A DNA stretch of 32,000 nt, taken from the sequence record OZ371831.1. One strand, given 5' to 3'. Within the stretch, counting starts at the first letter, position 1; every line of letters begins with the position of its first letter. This document shows, piece after piece, positions 21,280-32,000 of this stretch. A model generated the notes under the pieces. That model made no database searches. It was not told where the DNA came from and saw only the letters and a program-made list of their open reading frames with translations. The position numbers and the translations under genes are program-made.

Positions 21280-23010
21280 ATGCAAAATTCTTTCAGCTTA
21301 GGGTTACTCCATGGAGCACTCTATGGAATTACCCCACTCACTCCATGGTTTATTGGACTCAAACGTTATGTATTTGAAGGACAAGCAAAAGGTCTTTTAA
21401 CTTTTGCTGGTCTTTTCCTTGGACAAGTCGGTCTTTTACTTGTCGCTTTTTTTGGTGGAACAGAACTTCTTTGGGTTTGGTACTACCTTGAACCAGTACT
21501 TATGCTTTGCGGTATGCTTGCAGTCGTAAATGCAATGTTTCTTTGTTGGAAACCATGTGAACTTCCAACACAACTTACAAGTCGTAAAGAAGCAGGCCTC
21601 TATCTTTTAACCGGAGTGTTTTTTGCACTTTGTAACCCGAATGGTCTTATGTTCGGGGATTCTCTTCTTACAACACTCCCAGAAAATAATTTTGCTTATC
21701 TTGGAGGATTTGTTCTTTTATATACAAGTCTCTCGTTTGGGCTTGTGTATATTACATGTTTATCCCCACTCGGCCAGAAAGCATTTGGAGCATGGTCAAT
21801 TGAACGCATGCTTAACTTTACAGAACCATCACTTGATTTTTTCGCAATTCGACTCCGAAATGTGCAAATTGTAAGTATTGCAACACTCTTTGTCCTTTTC
21901 CTTCAATTTTTTGAATTGTTCCCAGATTCATTTACAACATACTATGTTGATACAATGTTTGGTGCAACACCTGCAAAAGGCATTATGCCTAAGCGTGATT
22001 TACATTGGATTGAATCTTCTGAAGAATCTACCGATGAAGATGGTTTAGAAGGTGAAAATACGACGGTAAAAGTTTGGAAACTTCAAAGTAAAGCAAATAT
22101 GAATCGAGCATTTGAGACAGATCCAAGACTTCCATTAGATGAAGCAAGTCCATGGAACACTGTTTACAAATATAATTCATTAAATGAACGACTTGAACGT
22201 AATGAAATTTCAAACGAACGAAAAGAACTTGAAGTAGAATATTATGAAGAAGGTGGTTTAGATACATATTTAAATAAGTGGCTTCACCATCCAAAACTTC
22301 GTTTAATGTTTAAACCTGATTGGGATAAACGCGAAGACATGAAAGCAAGTTGGCTGCAGCAATTAACAGAAATTCGTTTTCAAATGGATGATATTCTTCG
22401 TATGCAATATGCGACACAGTATAATGAAGCACGCCCACATCTTCCATTTAATATTGATTATGAGTTTGATTATGATTTTGATGCCGAAAAGCTTGCAAAA
22501 GATGATATGGGCATTACCGAAGAAGTTGTACTTGATTTAAAGAATCTTAAGACTAATCCAGATGTACAAGCAAGTGGATTCTTCAACCAGACTTACGAAA
22601 TGGTTCACCGTGGGGGTGAATTCATGGACTTTTCAATTGTAAAACTCCAGAATTTACCACAAGAAGTTAGTTTCCCATGGGATTATCCAGTGGTACATGC
22701 ACCTAATGTGCCTGAAATTTCAGCTGGTATTCAAGAAGCGAATGAGACAGATGTGGCTCGTCGAAATGATGTTCAAAATAAAAATGTTTGGTTTTTAGAC
22801 CCAATTGCTTTAAATACACGCTTCTTAGCGAATGATCCATTACCTGCTACACACGACCGTTGGGTAGGGTCGGATATGCTCGAATTACGTGCACCAAATA
22901 CAACACGTCGTTGGTGGCTTGGGGATGATCTTGCAACTGAAGAAGATGTGAACTTTCCAATTCCCTCGGCTCGTGAAACCCTTATGGGGAAAGGCGGTCT
23001 CCGTCGATAA
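21280..23010 (+). CDS. ycf1: Ycf1 (Tic214)-like membrane protein, short form
   Basis: 576 aa. The N-terminal roughly 210 aa carry several hydrophobic helices. GLLHGALYGITPLTPWFIGLKRYVFEGQAKGLLTFAGLFLGQ is alignable to the land-plant Ycf1 N-terminus [43 protein letters not shown] (from memory). The C-terminal part is charged and hydrophilic. Confidence 0.6.
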   Translation: MQNSFSLGLLHGALYGITPLTPWFIGLKRYVFEGQAKGLLTFAGLFLGQVGLLLVAFFGGTELLWVWYYLEPVLMLCGMLAVVNAMFLCWKPCELPTQLTSRKEAGLYLLTGVFFALCNPNGLMFGDSLLTTLPENNFAYLGGFVLLYTSLSFGLVYITCLSPLGQKAFGAWSIERMLNFTEPSLDFFAIRLRNVQIVSIATLFVLFLQFFELFPDSFTTYYVDTMFGATPAKGIMPKRDLHWIESSEESTDEDGLEGENTTVKVWKLQSKANMNRAFETDPRLPLDEASPWNTVYKYNSLNERLERNEISNERKELEVEYYEEGGLDTYLNKWLHHPKLRLMFKPDWDKREDMKASWLQQLTEIRFQMDDILRMQYATQYNEARPHLPFNIDYEFDYDFDAEKLAKDDMGITEEVVLDLKNLKTNPDVQASGFFNQTYEMVHRGGEFMDFSIVKLQNLPQEVSFPWDYPVVHAPNVPEISAGIQEANETDVARRNDVQNKNVWFLDPIALNTRFLANDPLPATHDRWVGSDMLELRAPNTTRRWWLGDDLATEEDVNFPIPSARETLMGKGGLRR

Positions 23011-23075
23011 TGTTTGATTTTCCTGTCTTGGTGTTTTCCTGAAAAAATGGATAAATTCCGCTATACTAATCATAT

Positions 23076-23149
23076 AGCGGGATAGAGCAGTCTGGTAGCT
23101 TGTAAGGCTCATAATCTTAAGGTCACAGGTTCAAATCCTGTTCCCGCCA
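23076..23149 (+). tRNA. trnfM: initiator tRNA-fMet(CAU)
   Basis: AGCGGGATAGAGCAGTCTGGTAGCTTGTAAGGCTCATAATCTTAAGGTCACAGGTTCAAATCCTGTTCCCGCCA. The body closely resembles plastid initiator tRNA. The 1:72 pair is unpaired (A1/C72). Confidence 0.8.
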
Positions 23150-23195
23150 TTACATTGACATTTCGATTAACAAAATTGCACATAGGTATTACAGT

Positions 23196-23511
23196 TGAAA
23201 CATAAAGTGGTTGCAAGATAAATATCTTGAGGAAAGTCCGAACTCTCACGATAATGTACCATAACGTGATAAGTTCACGTACAGAAATGGGAGGAAAGTG
23301 CCACAGAAATTAAACTTGCTTCTTTTTATAAAGGAGTGGAGGTGTAATAATGGTTTATTTGTAAAAATAAATTTTGGTAGACCCTTATGGAGAGCAAAAG
23401 GTAAATTATCTTGATCACATTTCTTGAGATAATGAACTTGCTAGAAAATTCCAAATATGGAATTTCCAGATAAATAACCACGTAAACAGAATTCGGCTTA
23501 TTTATGTTTCC
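23196..23511 (+). ncRNA. rnpB: RNase P RNA (bacterial type A, reduced and AT-rich)
   Basis: Conserved blocks are in the right order: GAGGAAAGTCCGAACTC (23229), GGAAAGTGCCACAGAAA (23292), GGTAGACCC..GGAGAGCAAAAGG (23376), AACAGAATTCGGCTTAT (23485). P1 candidate: aaacataa (23198..23205) pairs with ttatgttt (23502..23509). P3-like hairpin: caagat-aaat-atcttg. Ends are approximate. Confidence 0.75.
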
Positions 23512-23600
23512 TCTACTTAGGTGCATTTTGGGAGTGTAATGTAAGAAAAAATTTTTAGAAGCTCTAGACAAATCCATATCTTTTGATATGATATACATAA

Positions 23601-23672
23601 GCGGGTATAACTCAATGGTAGAGTGCCATCCTTCCAAGTTGGACGTTGCGTGTTCGAATCACGTTACCCGCT
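23601..23672 (+). tRNA. trnG: tRNA-Gly(UCC), no intron
   Basis: GCGGGTATAACTCAATGGTAGAGTGCCATCCTTCCAAGTTGGACGTTGCGTGTTCGAATCACGTTACCCGCT. Anticodon loop CTTCCAA. Confidence 0.85.
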
Positions 23673-23744
23673 AAAAAATACAAAATTCTCTTAAAGTGTA
23701 TAGACAGAGTCTCTGAGATTTGATATCCTCATATACAAGTGTCT

Positions 23745-23818
23745 GGCGGGCGTAGCCAAGTGGTAAGGCAATGGACTGTGACTCCATCACTCGCGGGTTC
23801 GATCCCCGTCGTTCGCCC
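23745..23818 (+). tRNA. trnH: tRNA-His(GUG) with encoded G-1
   Basis: G-GCGGGCGTAGCCAAGTGGTAAGGCAATGGACTGTGACTCCAT..GCGGGTTCGATCCCCGTCGTTCGCCC. The extra 5' G pairs with C73. Confidence 0.9.
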
Positions 23819-23897
23819 GGAGAATGATGTGATCTTCCACGTCTGTTGACGTGTGTGGCGTTTCAAACTCAATAATTGAATTCAAATGAGGCCTGTT

Positions 23898-24011
23898 ATG
23901 AAAGTTCGTTCATCTGTAAAAAAAATGTGTCCTAAATGTCGTGTAATTCGACGTCATGGGCGAGTAATGGTAATTTGTGTAAATCCAAAACACAAACAAC
24001 GTCAAGGCTAA
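23898..24011 (+). CDS. rpl36: ribosomal protein L36
   Basis: Hand-translated: [37 protein letters not shown] (37 aa), the canonical L36 zinc ribbon. Confidence 0.93.
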   Translation: MKVRSSVKKMCPKCRVIRRHGRVMVICVNPKHKQRQG

Positions 24012-24107
24012 TTCATTTTACCTTGATTGCCCCAATTCTTTATTTTGGGGCATTTAATCAGTTGCATGAAACGGATCTTATCATGTATACTGTATATAAT
24101 AAAACAA

Positions 24108-24180
24108 GGGGCTATAGCTCAGTTGGTAGAGCGCTTCGTTTACACCGAAGATGTCAGCGGTTCGAGTCCGTTTAGCCCCA
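24108..24180 (+). tRNA. trnV: tRNA-Val(UAC), no intron
   Basis: GGGGCTATAGCTCAGTTGGTAGAGCGCTTCGTTTACACCGAAGATGTCAGCGGTTCGAGTCCGTTTAGCCCCA. Confidence 0.9.
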
Positions 24181-24214
24181 TCTAAAAAATTACTTGAAAA
24201 ATATGTATTCTGTT

Positions 24215-24244
24215 TTGGCATCCTCTTTGAACTTATGCTATACT
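24215..24244 (+). promoter_or_regulatory. candidate sigma70-type (PEP) promoter for psbB
   Basis: TTGGCA-N18-TATACT, 51 nt upstream of the psbB ATG, followed by a small 5'-UTR hairpin actttc-gtata-gaaagt. Motif match only. Confidence 0.35.
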
Positions 24245-24295
24245 TTCGTATAGAAAGTCAATTAACTAATATTAGAATATTAAAAGAGGTAGCTT

Positions 24296-25822
24296 ATGGG
24301 ATTACCATGGTACCGTGTACACACGGTTGTATTAAATGACCCGGGTCGCTTAATTGCAGTGCACCTTATGCACACTGCACTTGTAGCTGGTTGGGCTGGT
24401 TCAATGGCTTTATATGAATTAGCTATTTTTGATCCATCAGATCCTGTTCTTAACCCAATGTGGCGTCAAGGAATGTTTGTACTTCCTTTCATGACTCGCC
24501 TTGGAGTAACAAACTCATGGGGTGGATGGAGCATTAGTGGAGAAAGTGTAAGCAATCCTGGACTTTGGAGTTATGAAGGAGTAGCGGCATCGCACATTAT
24601 TCTTTCAGGACTTTGTTTCCTTGCTGCTATTTGGCACTGGGTATTCTGGGATCTTGAACTTTTCCGTGATCCACGAACACAACAGCCAGCATTAGACCTT
24701 CCAAAAATTTTTGGAATTCACCTTTTCCTTTCAGGGGTACTTTGTTTTGGTTTCGGAGCTTTCCACGTAACAGGTCTTTATGGTCCTGGTATTTGGGTAT
24801 CTGATCCATACGGACTTACTGGAGGTGTTGAGCCAGTTGCACCGTCATGGGGAGCTGAAGGATTTGATCCTTACAACCCAGGTGGTATTGCATCGCACCA
24901 CATCGCAGCGGGAATCGTTGGGATTTGTGCAGGACTTTTCCACCTTAGTGTTCGCCCACCACAACGTCTTTATAAGGCGTTACGTATGGGTAACGTAGAA
25001 ACAGTACTTTCAAGTAGTATTGCAGCTGTATTCTGGGCAGCATTTGTTGTAGGTGGAACTATGTGGTACGGATGTGCTGCTACACCAATTGAACTTTTTG
25101 GTCCAACACGTTACCAGTGGGATCAAGGATTCTTCCAACAAGAAATTGAAAAGCGTGTACAGAAGAGTGTTTCTGGTGGTGCTTCACTCTCAGACGCATG
25201 GTCAGCAATTCCTGAAAAACTTGCATTCTATGATTACATTGGAAATAACCCAGCGAAAGGTGGACTTTTCCGTTCAGGGCCAATGGATAATGGTGATGGA
25301 ATTGCAGCAGGTTGGTTAGGACACGCAGTGTTCACAGATAAGCAAGGGCGTGAGCTTTTCGTACGTCGTATGCCAACTTTCTTTGAAACATTCCCTGTAA
25401 TTCTTATTGATAGTGATGGTATTGTACGTGCTGACGTACCATTCCGTCGTGCAGAATCAAAGTACAGTATTGAGCAAGTAGGTGTAAGTGTAACATTCTA
25501 CGGTGGGGAACTTGATGGATTAAGTTTTACTGATCCAGCAACAGTGAAGAAATATGCACGTCGTGCACAACTTGGAGAAGTTTTCGAGTTTGACCGTGCA
25601 ACTCTTCAATCTGATGGAGTTTTCCGTAGTAGTCCACGTGCGTGGTTTACATTTGCTCACGTAACTTTTGCTCTCCTTTTCTTCTTCGGGCACATTTGGC
25701 ACGGGGCTCGTACAATCTTCCGAGATGTATTTGCTGGTATTGATCCAGACTTAGATGAGCAGGTAGAATTTGGTGCATTCGCTAAGCTTGGTGATGTAAC
25801 AACTCGACGTCAAACTGTATAA
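24296..25822 (+). CDS. psbB: photosystem II CP47 apoprotein
   Basis: 508 aa: [43 protein letters not shown] and more. Confidence 0.98.
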   Translation: MGLPWYRVHTVVLNDPGRLIAVHLMHTALVAGWAGSMALYELAIFDPSDPVLNPMWRQGMFVLPFMTRLGVTNSWGGWSISGESVSNPGLWSYEGVAASHIILSGLCFLAAIWHWVFWDLELFRDPRTQQPALDLPKIFGIHLFLSGVLCFGFGAFHVTGLYGPGIWVSDPYGLTGGVEPVAPSWGAEGFDPYNPGGIASHHIAAGIVGICAGLFHLSVRPPQRLYKALRMGNVETVLSSSIAAVFWAAFVVGGTMWYGCAATPIELFGPTRYQWDQGFFQQEIEKRVQKSVSGGASLSDAWSAIPEKLAFYDYIGNNPAKGGLFRSGPMDNGDGIAAGWLGHAVFTDKQGRELFVRRMPTFFETFPVILIDSDGIVRADVPFRRAESKYSIEQVGVSVTFYGGELDGLSFTDPATVKKYARRAQLGEVFEFDRATLQSDGVFRSSPRAWFTFAHVTFALLFFFGHIWHGARTIFRDVFAGIDPDLDEQVEFGAFAKLGDVTTRRQTV

Positions 25823-25839
25823 TTACGAGGTAAAATATT

Positions 25840-25935
25840 ATGGAAGCTATTGTTTATACTTTCTTACTTGTTGGGTGTCTTGGGATTCTTTTCTTTTCAA
25901 TTTTTTTCCGTGAACCGCCACGTATTGCAAAGTAA
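25840..25935 (+). CDS. psbT: photosystem II protein T
   Basis: Hand-translated: [31 protein letters not shown] (31 aa), 17 nt after psbB. Confidence 0.9.
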   Translation: MEAIVYTFLLVGCLGILFFSIFFREPPRIAK

Positions 25936-25993
25936 GGTTTTTTCAAGAAGTTTACTCTTTATAACAACACATTAATTGTTTTGTTACTTTTCG

Positions 25994-26028
25994 CTGTGAG
26001 CTACCTTATTTTTTAAGGTAGCCCACAG
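25994..26028 (+). terminator. 3' stem-loop downstream of psbT
   Basis: ctgtgagctacctta-ttttt-taaggtagcccacag, 15 bp with one mismatch. Confidence 0.5.
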
Positions 26029-26492
26029 TACGTACTCTCTTTTTTTATAATATATTACAAATATAGTCGACCGGAGATTAATGATTCATTAATCATAATT
26101 GGAATAGACGCAAGGTCGTAAAAAGCTACTCCCTAAATAACATAAGTGTTTATTTAGCCACTACATTTAATTATTAAGCTCATGATGCAGGTGATTCGAA
26201 CAATCTCATTAATTCTCTGGCAAAAACTACTACCTTTTTTCCATTTTTTATGTGCATTTTTCCGTGATTTGGTTTTTGGCCTTATCTTTGTTACCGTGCT
26301 TACCATTCTAATGTATGGTTGTTGTATTAAAGCTGGATAAAAAATAAGGTTTTATTGATGTAAAAATTTGTGTTCTTTTTGTTTTTGATTTGATGTTTAT
26401 GTTTTGTGAAAGAGGCAGACCTCATGTGCTTTTATGAGTGCCAGCTATACTCGTATATGGAAGCATTAGTTTTTCTAATCTTCTCAAACACA

Positions 26493-27984
<1,492 letters not shown>

Positions 27985-28058
27985 TTAAAGATGAATTAAG
28001 CGCGCATTTTTCGACCTAGTTGGCTTGCCACTACAATATGAAAAATGCACCACGCTAC

Positions 28059-28132
<74 letters not shown>

Positions 28133-28138
28133 TGGCAC

Positions 28139-28211
28139 GGGGGTATAGCTCAGTTGGTAGAGCGCTGCCTTTGCAAGGCAGACGCCAGCGGTTCGAGTCC
28201 GCTTACCTCCA
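28139..28211 (+). tRNA. trnA: tRNA-Ala(UGC), no intron
   Basis: GGGGGTATAGCTCAGTTGGTAGAGCGCTGCCTTTGCAAGGCAGACGCCAGCGGTTCGAGTCCGCTTACCTCCA. The G3:U70 identity pair is present. Only 6 nt separate it from trnI. Confidence 0.95.
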
Positions 28212-28271
28212 GCCAAGCCTAAGTCAATGACTTAGGCATATCAGAATTGCGGTTATTTCAATACACAAAAC

Positions 28272-31153
<2,882 letters not shown>

Positions 31154-31226
31154 TATACCATAAGCAAGACTTGCTAGAATTTTCTAGGAAGCGATCGAGC
31201 TACTTTGTATCACAGAGTAGTTCTTT

Positions 31227-31346
31227 TTCTTGGTGTCTTCGTCGAGGTCGAGACACAGCATCCCTTTCCGAACTGCGTGGTGAAAGGCCTTTGAGATAAC
31301 GATAGGATACGGGTAGCTGTATCTGAAAACATATCGATGCCAAGAA
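31227..31346 (+). rRNA. rrf: 5S ribosomal RNA
   Basis: Helix I: ttcttggtg / atgccaagaa. Internal CCCTTTCCGAACTGCGTGGTGAAAG resembles the plastid 5S loop C/helix III region. About 120 nt, 73 nt after the 23S. Confidence 0.85.
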
Positions 31347-31372
31347 ATATTCAATTAGAATGTTTGTTCTAA

Positions 31373-31393
31373 GATGGAGCTTTATGCTCCATC
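31373..31393 (+). terminator. stem-loop downstream of the rrn operon
   Basis: gatggagc-tttat-gctccatc (8 bp), 27 nt after the 5S. Confidence 0.35.
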
Positions 31394-31658
31394 ATAAATT
31401 CATAACTTTATAGACTTTTAAACAGAACTTTTTATAAAACGTACGTTTTAATTCATTTATTTTCACCAGCAATTTCAAACACACTTTAAATAAATTAGAT
31501 TAATCTATATGATTGTTATAAAACGTCTACATTCAAACTCTGTGTTAGTCTTTTTAGAAGACCTAGTTTCCCTGTATTTTCATTTTTTTTGTACCATTTG
31601 ATTTACTCACTATGGTATACTAAAAAGTAACAGGTCTAAAACATTTTAGATTGTGTAA

Positions 31659-32000
<342 letters not shown>

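Noticed and set aside
21623-22294. 83-aa plus-strand and 88-aa minus-strand ORFs
   Set aside because: They are alternate-frame or antisense ORFs nested within the Ycf1-like ORF.
23326-23637. 103-aa minus-strand ORF
   Set aside because: It lies antisense to the rnpB RNA and the 5' part of trnG. It is AT-rich, low-complexity and has no motifs.
23936-24339. Plus-strand ORFs of 79 and 62 aa
   Set aside because: They run through the rpl36 3' end, trnV and the psbB leader in other frames, and are incompatible with the well-supported features there.
31598-31621. Canonical -35/-10 psbA promoter (TTGATT ... TATACT)
   Set aside because: The spacing between the two hexamers is only 12 nt. Only the extended -10 (TGGTATACT) is credible, so I did not call a full promoter feature.

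Overview
This window is a gene-dense, intron-free chloroplast genome segment from a green-lineage alga. The gene set looks prasinophyte or early chlorophyte: tufA, rpoB/rpoC1, clpP, rpl32, ycf1-like, ycf2/ftsH-like and a plastid rnpB are all present. I could not assign a species. Gene order: rpoC1 (5' part) and rpoB (-); trnC (+); tufA, rps7, rps12, rps18 (-); trnE, trnL, ycf3 (-); rps4 (+); psbN (-); psbH (+); trnR, trnT (-); trnN (+); a 1486-aa Ycf2/FtsH-like AAA+ ORF (+); psbE-F-L-J, petB, trnK, psaC, atpB, atpE (+); clpP (-); rpl32, a 576-aa Ycf1-like ORF, trnfM, rnpB, trnG, trnH, rpl36, trnV, psbB, psbT (+); then a complete rrs-trnI-trnA-rrl-rrf operon and the 5' part of psbA (+). The ORF track missed rpoC1 (it runs off the window), psbL, psbJ, psbT, rpl36, 13 tRNAs, 3 rRNAs and rnpB. 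It also over-extends rps7, psbN and psbF at the N-terminus. Most 3' gene ends carry unique stem-loops, and many genes have GGAG-type Shine-Dalgarno boxes that match the retained CCUCC tail of the 16S rRNA. I see no defence island, mobile element, CRISPR array or other clearly novel system. The most interesting items are the Ycf2-like ORF (degenerate ATPase motifs, no protease motif, an in-frame poly-Asp/Leu tandem repeat), the short Ycf1-like ORF, the reduced rnpB, a U at the near-invariant 16S position C1400, and several broken or expanded ancestral operons. All coordinates of non-coding features are hand-derived and may be off by a few nucleotides.
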